Program-made: the position numbers and the translations under genes
Notes under the pieces: model-generated
Told to the model about the DNA's origin: nothing
What the model saw: only the letters and a program-made list of their open reading frames with translations
The model's database searches: none
Source: Mobula hypostoma
Taxonomy: Eukaryota
Direction of reading: 5' to 3'
Assembly: GCF_963921235.1 (NCBI RefSeq)
Contig: NC_086097.1
Location: 226,116,001 to 226,180,000, forward strand
DNA: 64,000 nucleotides
Shown here: piece by piece, positions 25,160 through 38,875 of the stretch
How positions within the stretch are numbered: the first letter of the stretch is position 1
Layout of the letters: every line of letters begins with the position of its first letter

Positions 25160-26900
25160 CAGAATCAGAATCAGGTGTAATATCACTGGTATTTCTCATG
25201 AAATTTGTTTTGCTGAAGTAGTACATTGCAGTGCCTAATAATGAAAAATATAAATTATAATAAGAAATATATATGAGAAAAGAAAATTAAATTAAATAAG
25301 TATTGCAAAAAGAAAGGAGAAAAAACAAATATTGTGGTAGTGTTCATGGGTTCACTGTCCATTCAGAGATCTGATGGTGGAGGGGAAGAAGCTATTCCTG
25401 AAACACTAAGTGTGCGTCTTCAGGCTTCTGTACCTCTTACTCGATGGTAGCAATTAGAAGAGGGCATGTCCTGGGTGATGGGAGTCCTGAATGAGAGAAG
25501 CCACCTTTTCAAGGCATTGTTTTATGAAAGGTCATGGATGCTGGTAAACCTAGTTTCAATGATAGAGCTGGCTGAGTTTACAACTTTCTGCAGCTTTTTC
25601 CGGTACTGTGCAGTGGCCCCTCCATACCAGATGGTGATGCAACCAGTTAGAATGCTCTCTAAGGTACAACTGTAGAAATTTGCGAGTGCCTTTGGTGACA
25701 TTCCAATTCTCCTCAGACGCCTAATGAGATACAGCTGTCATGTCTTTTTTGCAATATGTTGGGCCCAGGATAGATTCTCAGAGATGCTGATACACAGGAA
25801 CATAAAACTACTCACCCTTTCCACTTCTGTTCTCTCCAGGAGCAGTTGTCTGTGTTTCTCAACTTCCCCGTCCTGAAGTCTGCAATCATTACAGGATTGG
25901 TCTTACCGACATTGAGTGCAAGGTTTCTGCTGCAACACCATTTAACCAGTCGGATGAAGAAGTTTGGTCCGGGCCCCAAGTCCTAAGAACTTTCTAAAGG
26001 AGCATGACTGAGAGCACCCTGACTGGCTGTATCACTGCCTGGTGTGGGAACTGTACTTCCCTCAATCACAGGACCCTGCAGAGAGTGGTTTGGACAGCCC
26101 AGTGCATCTGTAGATGTGACCTACCCACTATTCAGGACATTTACAAAGTCAGGTGTGTAAAAATGGCCTGAAGGATCATTGGAGTTCCGAGTCTCTCCAA
26201 ACACAAACTGGTCCAGCTGCTACCATCTGGGAAATGCCAGATAAAAGCCTAAAAGCCAGGATCAACAGGTTCCAGGTCAGCTTCTTCCACTAGGCCATCA
26301 GACTGATTAATTCATGCTGACACAACTGTATTTCTATCTTATTTTGTCGTACATACTATTTATTATAAACTACTGTAATTGCACATTGCCCATTTAGACA
26401 GAGATGTATCGTAAAGATTTTACTCCCCATGTATATGAAGGATGTAAGTAATAAAGTCAACTCAATTCAGTTATCTATCACACTCATCACCTCCATCTGA
26501 AATGCTACCAACGATGGTTGTGTCATCAGCAAATTTGTAGAAGCCTTTTGAGCTGTACCTGTCCACAGAGACCAGGGTGTAGAGAGAGTAGAGCATTAGG
26601 CTGAGATTATCAGCGAGAGATGCTATTTCTGATCTGCATAGACAGTAGTCACCTGGTGAAAAGGTCAAGGATCCAGTTACAGAGGGAGGGACAGAGACCC
26701 AGGTTTTTGGAGTTTGTTGATTAGACGTTAAGGTATGATTGTGTTGAATGCTGAGCGGTAGTTTATAAACAGCACTCTGATGCAAGTATTCCTATTGTCC
26801 AGGTAATCAGGCTGAGTGGAGAGCCAGTGAAATGGCAACGGATCCAGCTCATTGCTTAGGCAGGAGTTGATTCTGCTAATTACAAACTTCTTAAAGGTCT
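25160..26900 (-). mobile_element. Rex1/Babar LINE fragment, split by a second Rex1-type copy
   Basis: CAGAAT tail repeats at ~25160; IRVLFINYRSAFNTIIP and YKFADDTTIVG at 26470-26800. Confidence 0.85.
25955..26470 (+). mobile_element. Rex1/Babar 3' fragment nested in the opposite orientation
   Basis: KKFG...ESTLTGCITAWCGN; SFFH*AIRLIN; tail AATAAAGTCAACTCAATTCA. Confidence 0.8.
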
Positions 26901-27694
26901 TTATCTCAGTAGATTTGATTCCCTGCACATATTTGACCAGTTGTTCCCTCCACATGTAGAAGGAGATGAATTTAGTTTCCATTTACAGCCTCTTTTACCT
27001 CTGTAAAACAGGGGTGAACTCTTATTTAGCTTAGAAAGATCCATAGGCTGGAAACTAAGCTCCATTATAACTTTGTCTACTCAGATGGTGATGAGGGATG
27101 TACAGAGGTGTAATGGATTGGCTGGTTAATCGGTGTTGCAACAACCACATTGACCTCAACATCAGTAGGACCAATGAACTGATTGTGGACTTCATAAAGG
27201 GGAAGTTGCCGGAGCACTTACTCGCTCTCATCAAGATGTGTAGCTTCAGTCTCCTTGGTGCTGACGTTTCTGAGCATCGATCATGGGCCCAACATATTGA
27301 TACAATTTATTAGGAGTTTGATGAGATTTGGCATGTCACCAAAGGCTCTAGCAAATTTCTATTGATGCACTGTGGAGAGTATTCTGATTGGTTGCATCAT
27401 TGTTTGGTACGGAGGTGCCAACACATAGGATCTAAAAAAGCTGCAGAGGGCTGTAAACGCAACCATCTCCATCATGGGCACTAACTTCCCCACCACAGAA
27501 GACATCTTCAATAGGTAATGCCTGAAGAGGGTGCCATCCATCAGTTAGGACTCTGATCGACCACGACATGTTCTCGTCATTGCTATCATCAGGGAAAAGA
27601 TACAAGAGCCTGACGACACACATTCAACATTTTAGGAAGATTTTCTTTCCCTAAGCACTACCTCACTTTTTGCTCTACATAATTTTGCACAATT

Positions 27695-27700
<6 letters not shown>

Positions 27701-27752
<52 letters not shown>

Positions 27753-27757
27753 ACACA
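27701..27757. repeat. (TA)n(CA)n microsatellite
   Basis: Directly visible; mirrored by (TG)n at 28239-28278. Confidence 0.95.
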
Positions 27758-28238
27758 CGAGGGGTGATTGATAAGTTTGTGGCCTAAGGTAGAAGGAGTC
27801 AATTTTAGAAAACCTACCACATTTATTTTTCCTACATTTACACACTCAGTCCAGCGGTCGTGGAGCATACGGATCCCTTCTTTGTAGAAGTCCGTGTCTT
27901 GGACCTCCAGAAGTGGTCCACAGCAGGGATGATTGAAAAGTTCATGGCCTAAGGTAGAAGGAGATGAGTTATTAACTTCAAACTTTCTGCATTTTCACTC
28001 AAACAGTTGAACTGCACGTGCATGTAACAAGAGCTGTATAACCCATCTCCTTCTACCTTAGGCTACAAACTTATCAATTACCTCTGCTGTGGACCACTTC
28101 TACAAAGGAGGGATCCATACACTCCACGACCGCTGGACTAAGTGTGTACATGCAGGAGGGGACTATGTTGAAAAATAAATGTGCTAGGTTTTCTAAGATT
28201 GACTCCTTCTACCTTAGGCTACAAACGTATCAATTACC
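27758..28238. mobile_element. Palindromic mariner-derived MITE with four TIR copies
   Basis: TIR CGAGGGGTGATTGATAAGTTTGTGGCCTAAGGTAGAAGGAG at 27758, repeated at ~27925, inverted at ~28047 and ~28203; FYKGGIHTLHDRWTKCVHAGGDYVEK* (28098-28178) matches a mariner transposase C-terminus. Confidence 0.88.
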
Positions 28239-28274
<36 letters not shown>

Positions 28275-28554
28275 GTGTTAAAATATTTCTTATTTTAACT
28301 TACAGTAATTTTTAAAAATATATTGCAATGTACATCTACTGAAAAATAACAAATTTCTCAACATAGTGTGTCAGTAATAATAAATCTGATTTTGATTTTG
28401 ATTTGCTGATTCCAATCCTCTGTCGAGGTCACAAAAGAAACTCGAACACATGGCAAGCCTCTCTGAAGACTGGGGTGAAGAAACCAAATCTTCTTTAGCA
28501 TTGCTTCTCTGGGCAGTTCACATAGGAAGTGTTTCTCAGAAGCCCACACTGCTG

Positions 28555-29125
28555 AGAATCAGAATCGGGTTTATTATCACCAGCATGTGTCATGAAATTT
28601 GTTAATTTAGCAGCAGCATTTCAATGCAATACATAACATAGAAGGAAAAATAATAATAATAAATAAATAAATAAATGACAGCATACATAAAATGAATAGA
28701 TTAAAAATTGTGCAAAAACATAAGTAATATATATTTAAAAAATGAGATAGTGTTTACGGGTTCAATGTCCATTTAGGAATCGGATGACAGAGGGGAAGAA
28801 GCTGTTCCTGAGTCGCTGAGTGTGTGCCTTCAGGCCTCTGTACCTCCTACCTGATGGTAACAGTGAGAAACGGGCATGACCTGGGTGCTGGAGGTCCTTA
28901 ATAATGGACGCTGCCTTCCTGAGACACCGCTCCTTGAAGATGTCCTGGGTACTTTGTAGGCTAGTACTCAAGAAGGAGATGACTGACTTTATGACCTTCT
29001 GCAGCTTCTTTTGGTCCTGTGCAGTAGCACCCACCCCTTCCCTCCCCGCCCCCCGCCCCCGTACCAGACAGTGATGTAGGCTGTCAAAATGCTCTCCACA
29101 TTACCTCTATAGAAGTTTGTGAATG
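28555..29125 (-). mobile_element. Rex1/Babar LINE 3' fragment
   Basis: RCLRKAASIIKD..HPGH..FSLLPSGRRYR.LKAHTQRLRNSFFPSVIRFLN. Confidence 0.9.
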
Positions 29126-29819
29126 CTTGCTGAAAGCCATTCTCTATTTCATTCTATTCCCTCAGAGGTTCCATCTATAAAAGCTGGACTGGACTTAGAT
29201 AATACTCTACTTTAAGCACTATAACCATATAACAATTACAGCACAGAAACAGGCCATCTCAGCCCTTCTAGTTCGTGCCGAACTTGCAATTTCAAACTAT
29301 ACTCCCTTGCAATTTCAAACCCCAATAATATCCATCCAATGTTCACATTGATGCATTTCAACCAATTACCACAAATAGCAACACTATTAAGGACTACTTT
29401 AAACTGCACTGATGGAATGATACATACAAAATGTTGGAGGATGTTAGGGAGTATTCTGTAGTTATGTAAATATTGCAAAATATTAACTTCACCAACTTCA
29501 GTAACCAATCTTTAGAACTGAATATGGATTGTAGATTAAATCTAAAATGCAACCCTGGCAATAGGCTCCTAGAGCAGATAATTGAAAACCAGACAATGCT
29601 GATTAATGTTCATTTTGGGTGTCTAGAGTATGAGTGCAAAGAAGGAAATGTGAAAATGATAAGTAATTCAAAGGAAGCATTGTAGATACATTGTAAGTAT
29701 AGAATTGTCCTTTGATCTTTAGCATACTAAAAGTCGCGTAATATTGGATCTCATTTGGTCAAATGAAAGACTGCTACTATATCTACCAGCTGTGTATCTG
29801 TGGTGAATTTGTTAACATT

Positions 29820-30280
29820 ACAACAGAAGACCTCAGTAAGTCAAGTAGCATTGATGGAAGGGAATAAACAGTCAATGTTTTGGGCAGAGACCCAAGAGCT
29901 GTGACTTAATGTTGCAGCTCTATAAAACTGTGTTTAGACCACATTTGGAATATTTTGTCCAGTTCTGATTTCCTTATTATAGAAAGGATGTGGAAGCTTT
30001 AGAGGGGGTGCAGAGGAGATTTACCAAGGTGTTGCCTGGATTAGAGAGCATGTCTTATAAAGAGAGATTGAGCAAACTGGGCCTATTAACTTTAGAGTAA
30101 AGGAGGATGAGAGGTGAATTGATAGAGATGTATAAGATGATCTGAAGAGTAGACAGCCAGCACCTTTACCCTAGGGTGGCAATGGATAATATGCAAGGTC
30201 ATCATATTAATGCAGAGTTTCTCCATCATTTTTTATATGTTGCTCAAGATTTCCAGATCTGCAAAATCTCTTATGTTGCT
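29820..30280. mobile_element. CR1 fragment (+, ~29897-30210) flanked by pLTR pieces
   Basis: LQLYKTVFRPHLEYFVQF; minus-strand half hammerhead at ~29869-29893 and a pLTR end at ~30237-30278. Confidence 0.65.
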
Positions 30281-30686
30281 GATGGAATGAGTGGAGTTCT
30301 TCCACATGCTAAATACCAAGAGACTTAAGCACCCTCACCTCATGGCAGAAGCTGCATTACGAAGACATTGCTTGGTTACGCTGGCAACAAATGAATGTCA
30401 CATGAGGACTGATGTCACAATCTGGTCACACTGGGTATTTCCAGTGTAAACATTGGGTGCACGCCTACTAACACTCTAACCTGTGAGCTGGATGTTGAAA
30501 GTCACAGCAGATTTGGAAATAAATTGAAAAATTTAAACTGCGATAAAAGCACTACACCATCCAAGTTTACAGCCATCGTGACTTGTCTGGAAAGTAGAGA
30601 ACTGACTTGTGTTTCACAGGAAGTCCAATATCAGATTAGAGAAACAATTTCATACATGATTTTCTGCTCACTCACAGTAACATGAC

Positions 30687-30890
30687 GGCTGGTGGTGTAG
30701 GCATCAGCACTGGACTTGGAGCCCTATGGTCCAGGGTCCGAATCCGGCCGGCTCCTTGCACGCTTTCCATCTGTGTTAGTTTGACCATCAAGCTAGCAAC
30801 TTGGCCTTGTAAAAAGCAGTCACATGCTAAGGAAACAGCAAAAATTCCGCCCGATGTGCCACAAGGCACAAGAAGGAACAAAAACAACAA
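30687..30890 (+). mobile_element. tRNA-derived SINE
   Basis: A-box-like TGGTGTAGGCATCAG, B-box-like GGTCCGAATCC, (CAA)-rich tail; second copy at 49198. Confidence 0.7.
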
Positions 30891-33800
30891 TCACAGTAAC
30901 ATACATTTAAATTAAATGCGAGAACTCCAGAAGGATGGCTTTAATAATATTTGGGTGGTTTATGCCATGTTCTTAGGTCTCTCCACACCCATTCAACCAT
31001 GGCATTGAATGAAATCCTGGTGAAACGTACAGCACTTGTACTCTGTAGCATTTCCATCTCTCACATCCAAGATTCTCACACCTTCAGAACTAACTCTGCG
31101 TTACATTTCTGCCTGCTTTGTTCAAAAATCAAATTCACTAAGTAACAAATAAAAACGGCCAATCTTTTAAAAATAATTTGATTGAAAAGGTAAAGGCTCA
31201 TTACTTCCGGTTTTTTTCTCTGTGACCATGATTGAACACAGCATGACCTTAACAACAGACAGGTTTTTTTTTTCAAGTGCGTGACTTGAGAATATTTGCC
31301 ACAAGACTATTCATTGTGTTAGGGATAGGCTACTTTGGGATGTGGAAATCAAGTCAGATTGAATGAGATCCAGGACGACAATGGTCTTACAGAATGTTTG
31401 AGCAAGCTTATAATCGATTCCTTTATGGCAAGGATATCCCAAAGTAATTATTCAATGAAAAATCAATCTCAATATAACTTTGTTCATTGCCCTGTAGTTA
31501 GTACAGAATCCAAAGTAAGTGCATTTAATCTCATACGCAGTGTAGTATATTTAATATTAGTTGTGAGTCATAATTCTTACTATAGAACTGTTAAAAGGAT
31601 TGTATCATATGACAGATTCTAATCTGGGCTGCAGCAATGTTTGCACAAAGTTATAGCGAGGGTAGTTTGTTAGAGGCTTCAAATAAAAAGGACACACCTT
31701 CTTTTGAGCTCGTTGTGTCTCATGTATATTTATTTGCACATATTGCAAATGGACTTCATTGGTCATTGTAAATCCATAGAGAAAACTATCCCATACTTAG
31801 AGTGTCAAAAATAAGCTTTCCCTGATGCCTAGGGCAGTATCAGTGTCACAGTGTAACATCATTGGAGATCTTCTAATCGTTATCTCATTATCCAAGTGTA
31901 ACAATCATAATCAGGACCTGATCTCTATCATAATCATTTTCATTCCCCACTGGGTTTATTTTCCTTTATTTACTAAGTTTAGCAAAATGTACAGTATATG
32001 TCAGTATTAATTGTCATTTGCTGCTATAAATCTTTTTCTTCTCTTTAAGCCAATATTAGTGAATGGAAGAAAATACTTCCCTGGCTGTTGTTAGTATTTT
32101 GTATCAAAGATGAGATGGCGCAAATCTTCACACACATGTTATATCATTTAGCTGCTTCCACTGTTCACTGCATCCTGGAATGGATTTAAATGCCAGCACA
32201 GTAAGACATTAGCTCCTGGAGTGCTGCAATAGTGCGGAATGCGCCCCTACCTGGTGTGATATTCCATTTATTCTATGAATGTTAAACATGTGTTTTTTTT
32301 TCCTGGATGCGATTACTGAAATCAATATAAATTTCTGTTGTGCTTGTTTTCATTCTAACATTTCCTGTCAAATAAAAATGAACCCAACAAATAAGATCTT
32401 TGCAAAAATCCTGGGTGATCAGATGTGGTCAGGCATGTTAGAAGTTGTGTTTTTTTATAATAAGAAGAACAGTAAACAAAATACATTTCAGGCCCAATAT
32501 ACGCCTTAGAAGTTAACAAAAAGCAGAATATCATGACAATAGTTAGGGCAATGTAGGTTCAGCTCAATAAATGTCTCTGTTCATTACGAATGATTTGTTT
32601 CCAAGACAGAAATATTAGTGACCCTGTATATGTGATGTATATAGTAAAACAACGGAAATTAATCCCTTTCCCATGCCCTCTGCAAATGAAAATCCATTAA
32701 GCTAATTATATTGTGCTATTGCTTTGATGTTTTCTTATTTCATTCTGAATGCTTTGATGTGATTATGTCCAGCTACTGATGAACACACACGTACAGTTAA
32801 TTATATAAAATAATCCTCTTTATATGGGTGCAAGGTGACACTCTAACTAAAGTGTGAAAAATAACCAAAGCATGTCAAAAGCATGTAATTAGTTGCCACA
32901 TAGATCCACCAATTCCTGGAGTTAGGGTGAAAAATATAGTACATGTAACAGAAATAGATGCTTGCCATATATTCATTTTGTGGTAACATAATTTCTCTTC
33001 TATTTTAAACAAGAAGACACAGAGGAGAAATGTCATAACAAAATAAATCCGAGAGAACACCTTCATTGGGAGAAGGATGATATGAAGATTATTTAAATAG
33101 ATAACCAAGCTATATCACTTGTGATTCTTTGCTGGTGCTAAAGCAGCATTAAAGGCTGTATGCATCCAACAGAGAGGTAGTAAGATTATAGCAATAGCTA
33201 TTTACAATAGCTTAAATCTGTCACCATAGCAACCAAGATCGTATTAATGCCATGAAAGATGGTAATAGAAATATATGGCTGTTGTGACCTGGACAATAAT
33301 TGTGCTTTTGGAGAACTCAGTAGTATCTTTGTATAAAAGTTATTAAGTGAAAATTTGATTTGTTTTCTGCTAATCATGTTTCTTGTAGCTGTTGCTACAT
33401 TTTGGTGTTTTACTCAACAATCTTCCTCATATTCGGTGCCAAAGACTCCTCCTGTAAACGAACCCTTGCTACCCATGAACCAGAAAACACCTTTTGTACG
33501 TAACTCAAAAATAGTAATTTGAAATATTTGATAAAATAAAATTGTAAAGCAGTTAAGGTAACAGAAAGTCAGGAGAAAATGCATCAAAGGATTCTTCACT
33601 GTCTTTGCAGAACTTTTCAATAATGATCCCCCTTAATTTAGATTTCATTCCAGAAACCCATCTGAATTCATAACATAATCCATAAATACAATGTGGGCAT
33701 GGTTGTAAGCAGTGCACAGTAGACCTGCCAACTGATATATGCCAACAGATTTTCCTTTAAGGTTAACTAAGTAATTAACAGGCTGCTTCATGGGTACTCC

Positions 33801-34109
33801 AGCTGTAACTATTCATGGTGCACCTCTGCCAAAAATGACTCTGGATCTTGCTCTTGCATTTCATAGGATCCCTTCATTGTGCGGTAATGTCTCAGTGATC
33901 TGAGTATGGCCCATGAATTAGGAATGACTTCCTTCTTGATATTCACTTGTAACATTTGAAGCATAATGTGCAACAAAGAGAATAAAACATTAATTTTGCA
34001 AAATTGAATGGTGCTACTAAAGCGTGGGTACCAAGAAATTGGAATGCTAGTGCCTGTTTCTTAAATTTTATTAATATCCTTAATGTCACAATGTTACACT
34101 ATTTATCAG

Positions 34110-34362
34110 GAACACATGCACACAGGGACACACACACCAACACACGCACACATACACACACACAAGCATGTGCTTACCCATACACACACTCAGACACACA
34201 TGAACACACATGCCTAAACTTGCATACAGAAATAGACCAATATGTATTTGTAAACACATGCACACATACATAAATGACCAGCCTTTTTCATGTAAATACT
34301 CACACACACATCCCTATACACACAGATGCTTGTACACCCACACACAAACACACATATACGCA
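34110..34362. repeat. Degenerate (CA)n low-complexity tract
   Basis: Directly visible. Confidence 0.85.
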
Positions 34363-34994
34363 TCAGGCAAATTTTGCTTTTTGCCATCTGCAGGCAGATG
34401 ATGACAGCAAAGTACAACATCAATTCGGATTTATTCTGCTTTCCGAAGGGAGGAACTGGTTAGACAGAATCCAACAAAGAAGGAAGGACACTTAAGGATA
34501 ACTAATGGGGAACTGGTTGAATGTTAAATTTCCCTGGCTTTCTCTGTGATCCAAGAAGCTGGAGCTTTCTGTTGTTGTTTCAGGTTGCATTAGGATTTCG
34601 TGACAGATACGACAACATTTTGGTGATCCAAGACACAAGAAGAAGCATAGAGAAGGAGTGTATGGACAGAAAGTATCTGGAAAGGAAACAACATCTGCTC
34701 TGGAAGTCAAGGACAGCTCCTCCTAACTATATCAAGAACAGATGCATAATTATTTGTGCTTCAATCAGAGTGTTTGTGCGGAAATTTGCAATATGGCAGA
34801 TCCATTGAAACCTCAGAGAAGGACAAGCTGTCAGGAGATGTAGAGAAGGTTTGACCTAAAAGCAGAGTAGTGGAGACAATTTAGCAGCGGTCAATAACTA
34901 TAATAGTAGACTGCAAAATAACAAGCCACGAGGTTTCACAAAGCAAGAGGGAACAGATACTAAACACAACAAGCAACAAGGAAACTGAAGGTTA

Positions 34995-37900
34995 GGAGCA
35001 ACTTGAATCCTAGGGGGACCAATATCCTGGCGGGGAGATTTGCGAGGGCTACTGAGGTGACTTTAAACTAGAATGGTTGGGGGATGGGAATCAAATTAAA
35101 GAGACTAGGAGAGAGGAGGTTAGTTCACAACAGGGGGATGGGAACAAGTGCAGGGAGACAGAGGGGTGTAAAATGAGGGTAGAAACAAAAAGTAGTAAGG
35201 TGAAAAGTAAAAGTGGCAGACCGGCAAATCCAGGGCAAAAATCAAAAAGGGCCACTTTTCAACATAATTGTATAAGGGCTAGGAGTGTTGTAAAAGCAAG
35301 CCTGAAGGCTTTCTGTGTCAATGCAAGGAGCATTCGTAACAAGATGGATGAATTAAAAGTGCAGATTGTTATTAATGAATATGATATAGTTGGGATCACA
35401 GAGACATGGCTCCAGGGTGACCAAGGATGGGAGCTCAACATTCAGGGATATTCAATATTCAGGAGGGATAGACATGAAAGAAAAGGAGGTGGGGTAGCAT
35501 TGCTGGTTAGAGAGAAGATTAACGCAATAGAAAGGAAGAACATTAGCCTGGAGGATGTGGAAGCGATATGGGTAGAGCTGCGTAACACTAAGGGGCAGAA
35601 AATGCTGGTGGGAGTTGTGTACAGGCCACCTAACAGTAGTAGTGAGGTTGGAGATGGCATTAAACAGGAAATTAGAAATGCGTGCAATAAAGGAACAGCA
35701 GTTATAATGGGTGACTTCAATCTACATATAGATTGGGTGAACCAAATTGGTAAGGGTGCTGAGGAAAAGGATTTCTTGGAATGTATGCGGGATGGTTTTT
35801 TGAACCAACATGTCGAGGAACCAACTAGAGAGCAGGCTATTCTAGACTGGGTTTTGAGCAATGAGGAAGGGTTAATTAGCAATCTGGTCATGAGAGGCCC
35901 CTTGGGTAAGAGTGACCATAATATGGTGGAATTCTTCACTAAGATGGAGAGTGACATAGTTAATACAGAAACAAAGGTTCTGAACTTAAAGAAGGGTAAC
36001 ATTGAAGGTATGAGATGTGAATTAGCTAAGACAGACTGGCAAATGATACTTAAAGGGTTGACGGTGGATATGCAATGGCAAGCATTTAAAGATCGCATGG
36101 ATGAACTACAACAATAATTCATCCCAGTTTGGCAAAAGAATAAATCAAGGAAGGTAGTGCACCTGTGGCTGACAAGGGAAATTAGGGATAGTATCAATTC
36201 CAAAGAAGAAACATACAAATTAGTCAGAAAAAGCAGCTCACCTGAGGACTGGGAGAAATTCGCAGTCCAGCAGAGGAGGACAAAGGGCTTAATTAGGAAA
36301 GGGAAAAAAGATTATGAGAGAAAACTGGCAGTGAACATAAAAACTGATTGTAAAAGCTTTTACAGATATGTGAAAAGAAAAAGATTGATTAAGACAAATG
36401 TAGGTCCTTTACAGACAGAAACAGGTGAATTGATTATGGGGAACAAGGACATGGCAGGCCAATTGAATAACTACTTTGGTTCTGTCTTCACTAAGGAGGA
36501 CATAAATAATCTTCCAGAAATAGTAGGGGATAGAGGGTCTAGTGAGATGGAGGAACTGAGGGAAATACATGTTAGTAGGGAAGTGGTGTTACGTAAATTG
36601 AAGGGATTAAAGGCAAATAAATCCCCAGGGCCAGATGGTCTGCATCCCAGAGTGCTTAAGAAAGTAGCCCGAGAAATAATGGATGCATTAGTGATAATTT
36701 TTCAAAACTCTTTAGATTCTGGACTAGTTCCTGAGGATTGGAGGGTGGCTAAGGTAACCCTGCTTTTTAAAAAAGGAGGGAGAGAGAAACCAGGGAATTA
36801 TAGATCAGTTAGCCTAAGATCGGTGGTGGGGAAACTGCTAGAGTCAGTTATCAAAGATGTGATAACAGCACATTTGGAAAGCAGTGAAATCATCGGACAA
36901 AGTCAGCATAGATTTGTGAAAGGAAAATCATGTCTGACGAATCTTATAGAATATTTTGAGGATGTAACTAGAAGAGTGGATGGGGAGAACCAGTGGATGT
37001 GGTATATTTGGATTTTCAAAAGGCTTTTGACAAGGTCCCACACAGGAGATTAGTGTGCAGACTTAAAGCACGTGGTATTGGGGGTATGGTTTTGATGTGG
37101 ACGGAGAATTGGTTGGCAGACAGGAAGCAAAGAGTGGAAATAAACGGGACCTTTTCAGAATGGCAGGCAGTGACTAGTGGGGTACCGCAAGGCTCAGTGC
37201 TGGGACCCCAGTTGTTTACAATATATATTAATGACTTGGATGAGGGAATTAAATGCAGCATCTCCAAGTTTGCGGATGACACGAAGCTGTGTTAGCTGTG
37301 AGGAGGATGCTAAGAGAATGTAGGGTGACTTAGATAGGTTAGGTGAGTGGGCAAATTCATGGCAGATGCAATTTAATGTGCATAAATGTGAGGTTATCCA
37401 CTTTGGTGGCATAAACAGAAAAACAGATCATTATCTGAATGGTGGCCGATTAGGAAAAGGGGAGGTGCAACGAGACCTGGGTGTCATTATACACCAGTCA
37501 TTGAAAGTGGGCATGCAGGTACAGCAGGCGGTGAAAAAGGCGAATGGTATGCTGGCATTCATGGCAAGAGGATTCGAGTACAGGGGCAGGGAGGTACTAC
37601 TGCAGTTGTACAAGGCCTTGGTGAGACCACACCTGGAGTACTGTGTGCAGTTTTGGTCCCCCAGTCTGAGGAAAGACATTCTTGCCATAGAGGGAGTACA
37701 AAGAAGGTTCACCAGATTGATTCCTGGGATGGCAGGACTTTCATATGATGAAAGACTGGATCGACTAGGATTATACTCATTGGAATTTAGAAGATTGAGG
37801 GGGGATCTTATTGAAACATATAAAATCCTAAAGGGATTGGACAGGCTAGATGCAGGAAGATTGTTCCTGATGTTGGGGAAGTCCAAAACGAGGGGTCAAA

Positions 37901-38192
37901 GATTGAGGATAAAGGGGAAGCCTTTTAGGACCGAGATTAGGAAAAACTTCTTCACACAGAGAGTGGTGAATCTGTGGAATTCTCTGCCACAGGAAACAGT
38001 TGAGGCCAGTTCATTGACTATATTTAAGAGGGAGTTAGATATGGCCCTTGTGGCTAAAGAGATCAGGGGGTATGGAGAGAAGGCAGGTACAGGGTTCTGA
38101 GTTGGATTATCAGCCATGATCATACTGAATGGCGGTGCAGGCTCGAAGGGCCGAATGGCCTACTCCTGCACCTATTTTCTATGTTTCTATGT
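34995..38192 (+). mobile_element. Near-complete CR1 LINE: end of ORF1 esterase, whole ORF2 (APE + RT), 3' UTR; inactivated
   Basis: LNPRGTNILAGRF (SGNH C-terminal block); [59 protein letters not shown]; lesions include TAA at 36115, a frameshift near 36980, a small deletion near 37290 and TAG at 37321. Confidence 0.96.
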
Positions 38193-38244
38193 CACCCTTT
38201 CCTTCGGTCCTTGGAATTCATTTTCTGCTATTAAGTATTAAAAT

Positions 38245-38875
38245 GTTCAAAGTTCAAAGTAGATTTTATTATCAAAGTACATATATGTGGAATTCTCTGC
38301 CACAGGAAACAGTTGAGGCCAGTTCATTGGCTATATTTAAGAGGGAGTTAGATATGGCCCTTGTGGCTACGGGGATCAGGGGGTATGGAGGGAAGGCTGG
38401 GGCAGGGTTCTGAGTTGGATGATCAGCCATGATCATAATAAATGGCAGTGCAGGCTCGAAGGGCTGAATGGCCTACTCCTGCACCTATTTTCTATGTCTA
38501 TGTCTATGTCACCATATACAACCCTGAGATTCATTTTCCTGCAAGCAGACTTATCATCTCTATAGAATAGTAACTGTAACAGGACCAATGAAAGATCATC
38601 CAGAGTTTAGAAGGAGACAACAGGCTGTGCAAATGCAAATATGAATAAATAGCAATAAATAACAAGAACTTGAGATGATAAGATAAGTAAGATCATTGGT
38701 TGTGAGAATGTTTCAATGGATGGGCAAGTGGTTGCAGTTTCCCCCTTTTGTCCATGCTACTAATGGTTGAGAGTAGTAACTGTTCCTGAACATGGTGCGG
38801 CGAGTACTGAGGCTCCGGTACCTTCTACCCGATGGCAGCAGTGAGAAAAGAACATGGCCTCAGTACTGGAGATCT
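38245..38875 (-). mobile_element. Rex1/Babar 3' UTR fragment split by a CR1 3' end
   Basis: GTTCAAAGTTCAAAGT tail...AAAGTACATATATGT | CACCATATACAACCCTGAG; the uninterrupted version occurs at 46545-46620. Confidence 0.75.
38286..38509 (+). mobile_element. CR1 3' terminal fragment
   Basis: Close match to 37974-38190; (CTATGT)n tail. Confidence 0.9.

Larger units (their letters stand above)
27080..28405 (+). mobile_element. Rex1/Babar 3' fragment with a mariner MITE in its 3' UTR
   Basis: NNHIDLNISRTNELIVDF; CTVESILIGCIIVWYG; tail AATAAATCTGATTTTGATTTTGA. Confidence 0.8.

Noticed and set aside
34004..34423. His/Thr- and Cys/Val-rich ORFs
   Set aside because: Translations of a degenerate (CA)n tract
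34381..34808. Possible plus-strand exons after TCTGCAG and TTTCAG acceptors
   Set aside because: No recognisable peptide and no convincing donor
35442..36218. 258-aa antisense ORF and similar antisense ORFs over CR1 copies
   Set aside because: Shadow frames of LINE coding sequence with no independent motifs
35077..38100. Long ORFs as a host gene or an active LINE
   Set aside because: They are CR1 ORF2 pieces broken by stops, a frameshift and a deletion
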